From assembly GCF_009914755.1 (NCBI RefSeq), contig NC_060941.1: a stretch of DNA of 64,000 bases. One strand, given 5' to 3'. Each line of letters begins with the position of its first letter. Position 1 is the stretch's first letter. Below the pieces are notes generated by a model. The model did not search any database. It had not been told where the DNA came from and saw only the letters and a list, made by a program, of their open reading frames with translations. Origin of the DNA: the human T2T-CHM13v2.0 reference genome, Homo sapiens. Shown here in pieces: positions 38,012 to 58,169 of this stretch. The position numbers and the translations under genes are program-made.

Positions 38012-38366
38012 GGGGCTGAGTTTGTGATGCCTGAAGTGAGGTCCACTAGGCAGCAAGGATTCAGGTTTGTAGCTCAATGGGGAAGTTGGGGCTGAAGATA
38101 ACGACCTTAAGAGCGATCAGCACAGAAATATGAGCTGAGCCTATAGGCATGGGTGGGATCATTAAGGAAACATCTATAGCATAGAGGTAAGCCAGAGTTG
38201 GATCATGATGGGTCTTGCTTGTATGCTATGTTAAGTAGTATGGCCTTTACATATGAAGAAAATGGAGACACAACCAAAGCACCTTAAGCAGGGGGCTGAT
38301 ATGACAAGATTTATATCAAGTGTCTTCGAAGTCTTAGTACAAATTAAGTTTTAATAACCTCAGAAG

Positions 38367-42689
<4,323 letters not shown>

Positions 42690-42739
42690 ATGTATATACA
42701 AAGAGACAGACAAAGATACAGGTAAATTCAAGATTGTAC

Positions 42740-42811
42740 CTTAGTAGTTTCTGAAAACCTTTTATGTATTCTGGTACAGGACACCCAGCCTGCTGTATAA
42801 CATTAGCAACG
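42740..42811 (-). CDS. DDX52: DDX52 exon 13 (72 nt, [23 protein letters not shown])
   Basis: ttttcag|C ... AAG|gtacaa. Confidence 0.93.
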
Positions 42812-43844
42812 CTGAAAAAGAAACCCATAAACATAAACTTGTATCTTTGCTAAATTGATGTTTATGAATGTAAACCCTCTGCACAACCTTACAGGGAACT
42901 AAAACTACACAAAGTAATCCACAAAGTGTTCTGATATATTATCAATTATTACCTGATGTAAGCACATTGGATTACAGAGAGAACTATCCACTGGGCTGAA
43001 ATTAATGCACTGATGAATAACTATAGATAGCAGCTATTTCAACATTTATCAAGCCCTACAAAACTGGTAAACTCAATCTTGGAGGAAGCACTGACTGAAG
43101 CCAGAGTCAAGCTTAAATTCATTAAGTGAAAGTGCCTACTATGGGGTTGGCACCGTTGCCAAGTTTTTTGTGTATAGTAACTTCTTCACTCTTCACAACA
43201 AGCCTGTGTTGTAAATACTATCACTGTCCTCATTTCACAGATGGAAAACTGAGGTGCATAGTTTTACACTAATATTTGGGTCATGGGATTCACATGCTTG
43301 GAGTTGCTGAGGCCTATGGTGGATCTAGGTTGTTGGAATATACCCCTCTACACACGCACATTTGAATCTGCTTAAAGCGATATAAAGGCTGACAGGTGGC
43401 AGAGCCAAAGCTCAGAAAGCACAACCAAAATATTTACCAAAACTGATAAACAGATCTAAGTACAAACCTCCTTTGGCCAAAACTAGATTAGCTAGAAATG
43501 TGAAGTGTTAATCATCATCAACCAAAAATTACTATAGGCAGTCAAAATGCAGGAAACTCATCTTCTACATTAAAATCTAACATCAACCATTGAAAGAGTC
43601 CTGAGTCTGAAACTTACAATGAACATTCCATTTTGAATATGTATTTCCAAATTCTAATAACGGAAGGGCAAAAACAAGGCCTTTTGATCATTTTTCCTTT
43701 CCCATGGCTAAAATTTGGTCAACTAACACCATTATCAGTAGAATTTGGGACATAGCCATTTTGTAATTATCTCTTAATTGAATATACATATAAGAATAAT
43801 GAAGCAATTTTGCCAATAACACTAGGTTATTTTTTCTAATTTAC

Positions 43845-43920
43845 CTTCTTAATAATGGCTTATCATCCTCAGTGAAAAATGTAATTGCTTTTCCCTTATT
43901 CCCTGCTCTTCCAGTTCGAC
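43845..43920 (-). CDS. DDX52: DDX52 exon 12 (76 nt, GRTGRAG, completes motif VI)
   Basis: ttcttag|GT ... AAG|gtaaat. Confidence 0.93.
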
Positions 43921-44098
43921 CTAAGAAAAATTAGACCATTAAAAAACACATTTTGGGGGGAAGGAGGCTCTCAAAATTCATTTATAAAAGTCACTGGATT
44001 TTCACAGCACTAAGAAGTGAGCATATGTGCAGGGAATAGCAGGGGTCCTAAGACAGATCAGTGGGTGACAGAGGGGAAGGAAAAAAAAGACAACTCAC

Positions 44099-44249
44099 CT
44101 ATCCTGTGGATATATTCCACTGAGCTAGTTGGAAAGTCATAGTTGATCACCAAGTTCACACCTTTAAAATCAATCCCTCTTGCTAGCAAGGCTGTACAAA
44201 TCAGAACCCAGATTTTTCCTGCTCTGAAACTGTGGACTGTGTTATCTCT
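44099..44249 (-). CDS. DDX52: DDX52 exon 11 (151 nt, motif V ARGID, YIHRI)
   Basis: aaccag|AGA ... ATAG|gtgagt. Confidence 0.93.
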
Positions 44250-44369
44250 CTGGTTAACAGAATATATATTAAATTGTTTTAGAATGAAAACAGGTACTTC
44301 ATAAATTTAATGTCAATAGTTTAAAATCAAGTAGTTCTTCTGAGTTTCAAAGTATATATTTGACTTTAC

Positions 44370-44492
44370 CTGTTGTTGTGTTCTCTCTGCATGAATAACA
44401 TCCACATTAATACCTTCATATATGAGCTCATGAAAAAGTTCTTTAGCCCTTTCAATGGACTGAACAAAAACAAGAACAGGTGGATTGAAACC
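44370..44492 (-). CDS. DDX52: DDX52 exon 10 (123 nt, motif IV LVFVQS ... IHAERTQQQ)
   Basis: ttttag|GGT ... CAG|gtaaag. Confidence 0.93.
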
Positions 44493-45239
44493 CTAAAAGA
44501 AGACAAAAATTGGCATACATAACTCAATCAAGAATACAATTGGTCATTATTTCATAATTTGATTGTAGCTTTTAAGAACCCAATTCAATTTAGTGTACTT
44601 TCTTGGCCAAATTTCTTGGGCTAGTGGTCTAATTCTGCCTCCATCTTCGTCACCATTCTCTCCAATTGGTTATTTCCACTCAACTTGAAATATATTCTCC
44701 ATCTTGCTAATTCCAATAATGTTGTCTAATCAATCCCCCTACACCCCACTATGGTAACAGATGCCTCAACTTTGAAATAATCATCTCTTGACTTCTGTGC
44801 CTCAAAACCTTTTTTTATTCTGCTTAAAATGAAATAATTATCTTTTTAATTCATTGGGTTTTTTGGGGTGAAATTAATTTTTTTATTCTTATGGATTTAG
44901 GGGTACAGGTGCATTTGTGTTACACAGATATATTGCATACTGGGGAAATCTGGGCTTTTAGTGTACCCATCACCCCAATGGTGTACACTGAACCCCACAG
45001 GTGGTACTTCATCCCTCATTAACTCATTATTTATCCTAACTCTGGTGCTCTCCCCAAGCTTAGTCCTTGGTTCTCAGTTCTTTCAATATAATCTTTATTT
45101 TACTGAGTTGAATCTCTACTACTATCTCTAAGTAAACATTTTTTTTTTTACTACATCTGATGTCTGTGAATCTAAACAAATTATTTTTACATTTACACTA
45201 TCAAACCCTTACTCTCTCTCAAACCAGCTATCTTTTTAA

Positions 45240-45396
<157 letters not shown>

Positions 45397-46239
45397 TAGC
45401 TGGGATTACAGGTGTGCACCACCACGCCTGGCTAACTTTTTTGTATTTTTAGTAGAGATGGGGTTTCACCATGTTGGTCAGGCTGGTCTCGAACTGCTGA
45501 CCTGATGATCCGCCCGCTTCGGCCTCCCAAAGTGCTGGGATTACACCGGTGAGCCACCACGCCTGGCCGAGTTTCTTAGCCTTTTTATGATGGCTTAAAC
45601 ATCTCTTTTGGAATCTAATGAAAGCTAAGAAACTTTCTAATAAGTAACTACTCATTCACACAAAAATCTTACGTATAATTTTAGAGGGTTTGCAGACCTC
45701 CCAAAGCTCAAACATGGCTGAAAACCTCTGGTGTATAATCTCCAAGGAATATCCTGGAAAACCTTAAATTTCCTAGTACCAAATGATTCTCTTAAGAATA
45801 TTAATAAAATACATTTAGCATTTACTATGTGCCAAGCACTATTATATAATAAGTACTATGCTTGTACTAATGAATTAATAGTAAAACAGCTCTATGAGGT
45901 AGATATTATTATCCCATTTTACAGACAAGGAAAATGTGGAAGAGAGGTTAAGTTGTGCAAAGCTATAGTGGTGGAGCTAGAACTACCCAAGTAGCCTGGC
46001 TCCTGAGTCCATGGTCTTAACCACTAAAGCAAACCATTCTATAGTCACCAGGTACTTGCAAACTTTTCCCTTCTAGCCTCCAACTATACTTAATGTCTCA
46101 CCACTAAGGCTGCTGCCCTTATTTCTTCCTCATCTCTGCCTACCCCAGTTTAAAAGCCTGATTGGTTTCCTTACTTTCCATCTTTCCCATTACAATTCAC
46201 CTTACATATTACTGTTTAACTAATTTTCCTTAAAAATTA

Positions 46240-46521
<282 letters not shown>

Positions 46522-47318
46522 TCATTAGTCTTCAAACACATGGTGTTCACTTCCACCTCTTAAGGGTTTACTCAAGCTGCTCCCCCAGCCGTCAATGCTC
46601 TTCCCCTCCACGTTTTATCCTGAAAATCCTTCAAGGATCAGTTTAGTAGCATTTCTTCTATAAGGCTCAACCAATTTGGCTCACCCTGGTGGCCCCATTA
46701 TGACTATATGGATGCTTAAAAAAGTACTCTTTAGCCCTTTATGACACTTTATCAGAGACTATCTTACACAAGTGTATTTATTTTATCCCTCTAAACAAGA
46801 CTAAATTCCAGGGGCAGGGCTTAGGAGATTTCTTGTATTGTCCAGTGCTGACACCTCAGTACTTTTTAACTATGGCTTCTACTCAGTTCTTACTGAAAGG
46901 ATAAAAACAGAAAACCCCACTCAGTGTCCTACAACACCCCAGTTCTTCTATAAGAAACCAGAGGAGGGATGGAGCAGGCAAATGTGGAAAAATGAGATTC
47001 TCAGGGCATCAGATAGATCGTTTCCTAGCCTAATCTGAGCTGCGAAAAGACAACTTACCATATTCTGAGAGGCAAGCTTCTGTCCCTTGGGATAAGAGCT
47101 GGGACAACACGCTTCTTAACCATTTACTCCTAGATTACTAAATACGATGCAGGATGATCATATAGTTAGCACAATGTACTTTCTTATCAATTTACCAATG
47201 GATTACTGAATACGAGCCAAGATGATGATGATACAGTGCTACCACTGTAATAGCCTCCCACTAGTAATATAAGACTTGGCAAACTTTACCAAAATTCAAG
47301 AAGGTAATACAAATATAC

Positions 47319-47409
47319 CTTTTTAACAAGTTCTCTCATGGCCAGAAGTTTTCCGGTCTCAGATCCAACAAAGAGAAGCTCTTGTTCTACAGTTTCTACT
47401 GCAGAATTC
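47319..47409 (-). CDS. DDX52: DDX52 exon 9 (91 nt, [15 protein letters not shown]...ELVKK)
   Basis: ttcccag|G ... AAG|gtatat. Confidence 0.93.
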
Positions 47410-47948
47410 CTGGGAAGAAAATATACCTTGTAGTTTGTAAGAGTTAATTTTTGCTTTTTCCCCTGAACTCTAAATAAATGAAAAAATTTACACACAACTC
47501 CAACAAAATCAATTTTTCCACTGTCAATATTAATAAGTACTGAATTATTTATACTTTAACTTGAAGACAAAATTGTTATTTTTAAATGCTTTCTTCTAAT
47601 TTTAAAAATATCTTGAAATGCCACCCATTAAAACTTATGTTTCAGTCATAAATTTTCAGGTATTTGATTAGTTATAAAAAATTTCTAACTGTAAAATTAT
47701 TGAGTAAAATAATAAAAATATTTTTAAGGTTGTTATTACACATGGTTAAACATTTTTCATAATGATTAGCAAAGATTTATTTATAGACCAACAGTTAGGG
47801 GTGAGATATATTAAGACTTTATTAATACTCTGTAAGATGTTACAATGTACTGTGTTGTATCATAAATATTTTTCCCATTTAATTATTTTTATCTAAATAT
47901 ATTTAAATATACATTAACCATATTTAAATATGTTTAATTTCCCATTGA

Positions 47949-48373
<425 letters not shown>

Positions 48374-48869
48374 TAGCTACAGTCTTCCTACATCATTTCA
48401 GGGGTTACATAATAATCCATCAGGTAGCAGTATCATAATTTCTTTAAACTTTTTTCTGTCACTGAGCATTTATTTAGCATAAAATGCTCCCCAAAATATT
48501 TTTTAAAAGGAAATATATATCAAGTGGCTCAGTGACATCAGGTTCTTCCTCTGTGGTCCACTTATTTAAGCCATCAAAGAAACTAAATCTTCTAGGTGGC
48601 CACAGAGCTCATGTTATACTCTGTGGATGGAAAAAAACACCTAAAAGCATGATGACAGGAATGTTAATATGACAATGTAAAAACCTTCTTTTAGATTACT
48701 CTAAAATAGAAAATCCTTAAACAATCTTGGCTTAAAAGAACACATTTCAATCAGTAAAACTCTCTCCCTTGCTAGTCTCAGGCCAAGAAACCTATCTCCT
48801 TCAGTCTTTAAAAAAGACTTGTATTTAAAAAAAAAATCAGTGTGATAATGTTGAGAAACAATTAAATAC

Positions 48870-49073
48870 CTTGCTCCAATGGACACACTGATGACATTGT
48901 CCAGGTTGAGTTTGCACCACTGTTCAACATCATATGCAAAAGTTGCACTGAACATAGCTCTTCGGACCTTGTGGGATGTGCAGGCCAGGAAAATGGAAGC
49001 CAGCTGGTCTCTGAACCCAGTTTTGCCATCTTCAAACAGTTTATCTGATTCGTCTACTACAAGCCACTCAACA
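48870..49073 (-). CDS. DDX52: DDX52 exon 8 (204 nt, motif II DESD and motif III SAT)
   Basis: ttcttag|T ... AAG|gtattt; ORF 48701..49120. Confidence 0.95.
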
Positions 49074-49231
49074 CTAAGAAATAACAAAACAACTTGTGGA
49101 TACTGAACTGAAAGATCCAAGACACTTCACTAAACTGTGGGGACAGTGGACACATGAGGAAGTCAAACTATAATGCTGCTTCTCAGATCCACTTTATCAT
49201 ACCAAAAAAAAAAATAAGAAACACAAGCAGG

Positions 49232-49521
49232 TGTCATGGTTTGGCTGTGTATCCCCACCCAAATCTCATCTCGAATTGTAATCCTCACGTGTTGAGGGAG
49301 GGACCTGGTGGGAGGTGACCGGCTCATGGGGGCACTCTCTCTCTCTCTTCCCCATCTGCCACCATGTAAGATATGTCTTGCTTCCCCTTCTGCCATGACC
49401 GTAAGTTTCCTAAGGCCTCCCCAGTCATGCCCTGACTTGTGGGTCAATTAAACCTTCCGTTCTTTATAAATTACCCAGTCTCAGGTAGCTGTTTAGAGCA
49501 GCATGAAAACGGACTAACACA
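49232..49521 (+). mobile_element. MaLR solo LTR (THE1/MST type, internally deleted)
   Basis: TG...CA ends, TGGTTTGGCTGTGT..CCCCACCCAAATCTCATCT start, 5-bp TSD GCAGG on both sides. Confidence 0.85.
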
Positions 49522-49761
49522 GCAGGAAAAAGGTAAAAGGAAGATAAACATAGCTTAATGTACCTATTCCAATAGCCTCAAAGATACGAGGTTCCATTTC
49601 TTTTCTATGAATTTTTTTAAAAAACCATTATTCTCAGTGCCAACACTGACTGAAGGTGGCAAACAGCAAGCTCCAAAGACAAAAAATACAAGCAATAGAG
49701 GACAAAATATAATTAACTAAATTAAAAATACACACGAAAGACATGAAAATATCATCTATAC

Positions 49762-49834
49762 CTTGCTAGGTCGATTCCGGGGGGATCTTGCTTTAATAAA
49801 TAGATTAGTCGATTTGGAGTAGTCACAAGAATAT
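49762..49834 (-). CDS. DDX52: DDX52 exon 7 (73 nt, motif Ib-like TPNRL)
   Basis: cctatag|AT ... AAG|gtatag; phase 1 to 2. Confidence 0.93.
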
Positions 49835-50170
49835 CTATAGGAAAAACAAATGGTAGAAATTGCAAAAACAGGATTTATCCCTCTTGAACTAGGAATTAAG
49901 CCTCCTCAACTTCAGTTAATAACCTGAAGTGGGAAGTAGTCATAGCCAACAACACAAAACTATTATATCCCTACTTTCCTTTTAATATATCTGAGCAGCT
50001 TTCTCTTTCTTTTTGAGACAGGGTCTTGCTCTGTCACCCAGCCTGGATGGAGTACAATGTGTGATCATAGCTCACTGCATGCAACTTCAAACTCTTGGGC
50101 TCAAGAGATCTTCTGGCATCAGCATTCTGAGTAGCTGGGACTACAGGCACATGCCACTGCACCTGGCTAA

Positions 50171-50311
<141 letters not shown>

Positions 50312-51123
50312 TAGCTGGGACTACAGGCGCCCGCCACCACGCCCGGCTAATTTTTTGTATTTTTAGTAGAGATGGTAAATTTTTTTTTTACTTTTATTTT
50401 TGTAGAAACAGGGTCTCCCTATGCTGTCCAGGCTGGTCTCGAATTCCTGGGCTCAAGCAATCTCCCTGCCTCAGCCTCCCAAAATGCCGGATTACAGGCA
50501 TGAGCCACAATACCCAGCCTCTTCTCAATTTCTAAGAGGAAAGAACAATTTAATTTTCAAATCTTTTTTTCCCCCAGGAAAATCATTTTTTTTACATGGA
50601 ATTTTATGCAGAGGCCCAAGATTTAAACAAAACAAAACAGATGAAAGCTTATCTCCAAGTGGACAATGTCAAAAAACAAAAAGAAAAAAAAAAAAATGAA
50701 AGCAGATTCTCTGGCTGATATAAGGGTGAGGATGTAAGCCGTTCTTTTTGTTTTTTTTAAGATGGAGTCTCACTCTGTTGCTCAGGCTGGAGTACAGTGG
50801 TGCAATCATAGCTCATGGCAGCCTTGAACTCCTGCGCTCAAGTGATCTTCCCACCTCAGACTCCCAAGTAGCTAGGACTACAGGCATGCACCACCATGCC
50901 TGGCTAATTTTTTTTTATTTAAAAAATTTCTTTTAGAGATGGAGTCTCGCTATGTTGCCAAGGCTGGTCCCAAACTCCTGGCCTCAAGCAATCCTCCCAC
51001 CTCAGCTTCTCCATAGCTATAGGTATGGAGAAGATTACAGGTGTGAGCCACTGCACCCAGCTATGCATGCCATTCCTGTCTGCCAGAGTATTTCCATGGC
51101 AGATTAAAAATCAATGGTATAAA

Positions 51124-51355
51124 TCAGAATTTTTTAGCCTCAGCACTGTTACCACTTTGGGCCACTAAGTGTTCGTTGCAGGGGACTGTCCTGTGCACCG
51201 CAGAATGTTTAACAACATCCTTGGCTATAGGCTAGTAACTACAGGCTAGTAGCACTTCTCCCCAGTTGTGACAACTACAAATGTCTCCAAATTATTGCCA
51301 AATGTCCCTGTGGTGAAAGGTGGGGGGCAAGATTGTCTCTATTTGAGAACTACTG
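51124..51355. mobile_element. MER20 (hAT-Charlie) MITE
   Basis: CTGTCCTGTGCACCGCAGAATGTTTAACAACATCC ... GTTGTGACAAC ... GAGAACTACTG. Confidence 0.75.
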
Positions 51356-51533
51356 GTATATATTTATGTATAACTTCTCAGTAGAGTGAGAAGGGGATCG
51401 CTTTAGTTCTTCTAAAATTCAAATTTTATACATACATGACTATACTTTAACAACACTTACATAGCAATTAGGATATTTATAATTTCCAGATTCCTTACAT
51501 GCTCTATCTACATCCCATGTATGAATTCCTTAC

Positions 51534-51645
51534 CAAACTTTTTAGATGATTTAGGTCCAAATTTCTTGGCTGCCACTGCTGCTTTGTGGATCATGTGTAT
51601 CCTGAATCCTGTTCCCTCAGAAATTTTTATTAACTCTCTGTGAAT
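51534..51645 (-). CDS. DDX52: DDX52 exon 6 (112 nt, [11 protein letters not shown]...SSKKF)
   Basis: Poly-T tract then tag|ATT ... TTTG|gtaagg. Confidence 0.93.
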
Positions 51646-51877
51646 CTAAAAAAAAAAAGATTAAAAACATTAGCTGCTAACATACTTGGACAAGATGTAT
51701 ACTCTTTTACATGATTAATGAAATAAATCTATTACCAACCCATGAATATCTGAAATTAAACTCATAACAATCTGTAGATTAACCTGAAATCTCAGCATTT
51801 TGAAACTTCAATGCCTAATAAGATTCAATAATTTCTTCAGGTGGAATAAACTAGTTCCCAGAGATAAAACTAACCTA

Positions 51878-52258
<381 letters not shown>

Positions 52259-52360
52259 CTATTTCATACTTGATATGTGTTTCATATTAAGCACATTGGG
52301 AGGGTAGAACAGATCACTGTATACTTTTCCCTTCTAAAAAAAACAAACTGAGATGAGTCA

Positions 52361-52588
<228 letters not shown>

Positions 52589-52994
52589 TCACACCACTGC
52601 ATGCCAGCCTGGGTAACAGAGTAAGAATCTGTGGCTAAAAAACAAACAAATAAATAAATAAAAACCAAAACTAAGATGAGTATTCATTTTTTTTAGATGA
52701 GAAAAATAAATGTCCAAGCAGGGCTATATTTAATTAGCCTTTCAACTTCAAAGACCTTAAAGCATTTACCAAAGAAGTGTAAATATTAAAATCACTGTGT
52801 TTTAGAAACTTACAGAAAGACTTAAAAGACTTGCCCACATGGAGTAAGATCCGGAGCACTGTGCTGTGTAGAGGATACTTGACCATGACAGAAGACGTGG
52901 GCCTTGCTTTTTAAGATCTTTTTATTACCTTCAAATAAGAAAGATCACTGAAGTAAAAACCAATCGCATACTCTTCAAAAGCTACAAGTCATAC

Positions 52995-53138
52995 CTGGCT
53001 GGCAAGTTCTCGTGTTGGTGATATAATCAGGGCTCTGAAGCCTTTATTTGCGGGTTGTTTCAGCTGCATTAAAATAGGAATGCTAAAAGCTAATGTTTTT
53101 CCAGATCCAGTTGGAGCAGAAGCCAGAAGTTCCCGACC
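52995..53138 (-). CDS. DDX52: DDX52 exon 5 (144 nt, motif I APTGSGKT and motif Ia SPTRELA)
   Basis: ttttag|GGT ... CAG|gtatga. Confidence 0.95.
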
Positions 53139-53555
53139 CTAAAAACATAGGGTATATTAAATACTACAAAGAAAGTACATAAATTTTTCAGAGCCTGGTC
53201 AAATAACGCTACCAGCCATAGAAAAAAACAAATACAATTTTACATAATGAATCTAATCTTTCAAGTCATATCTGCTTTCCTAACATCATCCATCCATGCC
53301 ACCATCACCCCAACAAAGTTTCTGAGCATTGCCCTTAAATTCCCTTTGAATGAGTGTAAAGAATACGGGTAACTAAAACCCAAAGATAATCCATAACCTA
53401 AGTTATATCCATTATTTCAATTTTTCTTTTCCACTAAACTATTGTCAAAATAAAATTATAAAACCAACTTTTTGTCCTGGTATCTGTATTGTTCAATCAC
53501 TAGGGAAGGTTTTATTGAACAACAAAATGGCTGAAGAAATAAAAAATGGCAATGA

Positions 53556-53877
<322 letters not shown>

Positions 53878-54149
53878 TAGAGGCGTGAGCCACCGCACCT
53901 GGCCCACTGTGATTTTTTAAGCTTTAAGCTAAAGCCATGACAGAAACAATCTTAAACAAAAATTAAAAGCAAATTTACTATAACATAAGTCAACAGCATC
54001 ATTTAAATGTATGAATGTATTCTCATTTCATCTCTCAAAGAAAATGAAAAGGACTAGTATAGAGATGAAAAGGTATCTTACATCCTTTGGAAACCAGAAC
54101 TGAAGGCCATCTCGGTTACATGGGGAAAAAACCCAACTCTTATTGCTAC

Positions 54150-54605
54150 AGAAACAAACCTCAGAAAAACTTAACGTCCGAAAACCTAAGTTAATCCATA
54201 CCTCTATCAACAAGTGACTGGATAACAAATTGTGGTATATTCATACAACATAATACTACTTGGTAACAAACTATTGCTCTATGTAATACAGAAGAATCTC
54301 AAAGCATTACGCAAAGTGAAAGAAACCAGAAATAAAAGATTAATGTGTGATTCCACTCATATAAAACTCTAGAAGAGGCAAAAGGAATATACAGCAGTAG
54401 AAATCAGAATAGCAGTTGCCTCTGAGCAGGGGCAGGGTGAGGACTGAATGGAAAGGGCACAAGAAAATTGTCTGGGGTAATACATATGTTCTCTATCTTC
54501 ACTGGAATAGTGGTTACACAGGGCATGCATTGCTGAAACTCACTAAACTGGGCACTTAAAAATCTATGCATTTTATTGTATGTAAAGTATACTTTAATAA
54601 TAAAA
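54150..54605 (+). mobile_element. L1M 3' end
   Basis: GGATAACAAATTGTGGTATATTCATAC ... CACTTAAAAATCTATGCATTTTATTGTATGTAA. Confidence 0.7.
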
Positions 54606-55077
54606 AGTATTCGGAAAAATAAGTCAGTTTATGTACAAGAACTTTAGAAAGCATTTGTATTTCTGGAGTAGTTCCTGGGCATTATAAACTAAATAATGAA
54701 TGTATGAATGAATAGAACATAATCCCCATTCTCCAAGGGGTTACACACTAGTAAAATGAAAAAGATAAATATGATTGGTGCGAATACAAAGTAGTTTAAA
54801 ATGTAAAATAAATGTTGCAAGGAAAAGAACACACCAAATACCATGGAAGAACTGCAGTGTGGGGGAAAGGGTACTAGAAAAGGAAGAAGATCACATCTAG
54901 ATGGAGTGATCAAGACAACTTTTATGGAGGCACAGGCATTTGATGAACCTTAAAAGGAAGTGAAGGATTTTAACAGGGGAGATAAGGTGGAAAGAAAGAG
55001 TTCAAGAAGAGAGGGAAGAGAATGAGCAAACACACAGAGGAAGGAATGTTACAGGCATTCTAGATCTTCATACTCAC

Positions 55078-55263
55078 ATGCAGCATAACTGGGATGGCTT
55101 GCATTTGGATTGGCGTAGGCATTTGGAAACCTGCATCTAGAATGTTCTGAAGTAGTCGAGAATTGATTTTATATTCCTGGTCAAGTTGCTGAAATGTAGC
55201 AATTGGGTCAGGAAGATCGGTTCCTTGGACGTGAATTTTGTGTTTATTCCGCAAGAAGTTTAT
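55078..55263 (-). CDS. DDX52: DDX52 exon 4 (186 nt, Q motif GFQMPTPIQ)
   Basis: ttcag|ATA ... CAT|gtgagt; ORF 55060..55254. Confidence 0.95.
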
Positions 55264-56252
55264 CTGAAAAGTGAAGTAAAGAGGCCACCATGGATATGGC
55301 CAAATAAATACATTCTCAGATGTTATAAAGCAACATTAACAGTTTCTGGGATAACCTTTAGCAGCATATGAAACTTTTTGGTTAAATCCAAGAATCAAAA
55401 CATCACAGATATTAGGTACATTTCATGCCCTTTCATAGAAAACCTTCATAAAATGTCTATGCTTTCTTCATATTAATGTGTTATTGTCATAGTCATAACT
55501 TCTAACCTTAAATAAACTTCTTAGAAGGCAGGCATTGAACCCATCTACTATTTTAATATGGTGGTTAACATACAAGTATCATTGCTTTTTGATGATTTAC
55601 CCTAAAACTCTGATTATTAAAACTGAGTGCCAAAAAGTGGAGTCTAGTAGTGTTGATTTGGTTTGTTTCCCCATTCTCTGGACCAGAGACAGCCAAATTC
55701 TGGTTTCTGGGTTACTGAAGCATTGCCATAGTAATCCCTGAAGTGAGCTGAATACACCTCTCCATCAGGAATACGGCAGGTGTACAGCAGACACAAAAAA
55801 GGTATATTTGTTGTTTCTTCCATATCCTACTCCTCTTATTCCCAAGTCATAAAATACCTTTCTTAAGAATTCTAACCCTCTAATCTGTGTCAGAGGAAAT
55901 CCTTCTAAACCGGTGAGCTCAACAGAGAAGAAAGGGAGCCAAATTTTGTTTGTTTATCGAAAGCAGTTACGAAATTTTAAAAATTTAATTCTAAACATAC
56001 TATCAATCTTGAAACTTGAGCAGGTCAAGAATTTTATATATGTATCAGCAATTTAAACTTTAAAATGTTCACCCACAGCACAAATGCCTACTTTGCTTTA
56101 AGTTTTCATTAAAGTAAAATCTAAATGAATGTAATTAACCTTCTATCTTAACAAAACTATATTCACATTAACAACAGAATAACCCAAATCCAGCGAATAA
56201 GTCACTAGGTCAGAAAATATATATACTTTTGGCCCCAAAATATTTTTCTAAC

Positions 56253-56383
56253 CTTTTCTTTTCTGAGATTCTCCAACTTTCCGGAAGTTAGTTTACTTTC
56301 TCTCTGAACTTTTTTGTCTTCAATCTTTGCTTCTACAGATGACATCCACTGTATAGTAGCACCTTCTTCTTGGGAAGCAATTT
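56253..56383 (-). CDS. DDX52: DDX52 exon 3 (131 nt, [16 protein letters not shown]...LRKEK)
   Basis: ttttag|AA ... AAG|gttaga; phase 1 to 0. Confidence 0.9.
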
Positions 56384-56536
56384 CTAAAATATATTTTTAA
56401 AAAGTAAAAGATTTTAACAGTCTAGGCAACATAGTGAGGACCCGTCTCTTCAAAAAAAAATTAAAAATTAGTCAAGGGTGGGTGGTGGTGCAAGCCTGTA
56501 GTCCCAGCTACTTAGGAGGCTGAGTGGGGAGGATCA

Positions 56537-56689
<153 letters not shown>

Positions 56690-57075
56690 CTAAAAAAGGA
56701 AAAAGTACAGCTGATCCAACTAGATAAGAGAAAGTAATAGGATGTATAAAAATGGAAATGAAAAGGCAAGTTCTGTGTTGGTATGATCAGAGTTCTGAAG
56801 CTTACTATCTTCCCTTTGTTGGCTGTTTCAGCAGTGTACTTAGTATACTTGAAAACAACAGGGGATTAATTGAAAAGCAACTTAAACAATGATAAATTTC
56901 TTTCCTTTTTTTTTTTTTTTTTTGTTTGAGACAGAGTCTTGCTCTGTCGCCCAGGCTGAAGTGCAGTGGTGCGATCTCGGCTCACTGCAACTGCTGCCTC
57001 CCTGGTTCAAGAAATTCTCTGCCTCAGCCTCCCAAGTAGCTGGGATTACAGGAATCCGCCACCATGCCCGGCTAA

Positions 57076-57477
<402 letters not shown>

Positions 57478-58169
57478 CTAGTTACTCAGGAGGCTGAGGC
57501 AGGAGAATCACCTGAAGCCAGGAGGTGGAGGTTGCAGTGAGCCAAGATTGTGCCACTGCACTCCAGCCTCGGCAACAGAGCAAGACTCTGTCTCTAAATA
57601 AATAAATAGCAATGAACATAACACAATACTTTGAACTACTCAGTATTATAAAGATAGCCTTTCTCCCTCAATCTATGAAGAACACTAGCCAATTAAAAGT
57701 AATGGCAGAATTGTTTTGGTGACTAGATCAGCTGACTTAACAGTTTGTATGGGAGAATAAATATGTAAGACTAACCTAAATTTTTTTTTTTTTTTGAGAT
57801 GGAGTCTTGCTCTGTCACCCAGGCTGGAGTGCAGTGGCATGATCTTGGCTCACTGCAACCTCTGTCTCCCAGGTGATTATCAGCCTCCCGAGTAGCTGGG
57901 ACTACAGAGGCATGCCACCATGTCCAGCTAATTTTTGTATTTTTAGTAGAGACGGGGTTTCACCACGTTGGCCAGGCTGGTCTCAAACTCCTGACCTCGT
58001 GATCCGCCCGCCTCAGCCTCCCAAAGTTTTGGGATTACAGGTGTGAGCCACCGCGCCTGGCCTAACCTAAAAACATTTTAAGTTTAACAAGCAAAGACTA
58101 GTTCTACAAAGCAAAGACTAGTTCTAATTTCTAAATTAGTTCTAAAACTAGCAAAGACTAGTTCTAATT

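Noticed and set aside
47059-47129. Strong donor ATG|GTAAGT in DDX52 intron 9
   Set aside because: No convincing pyrimidine-rich acceptor; isolated donors are common
49042-49055. DESD instead of DEAD in helicase motif II
   Set aside because: Matches the DDX52 sequence as I recall it, and the other motifs are intact, so it is neither new nor inactivating
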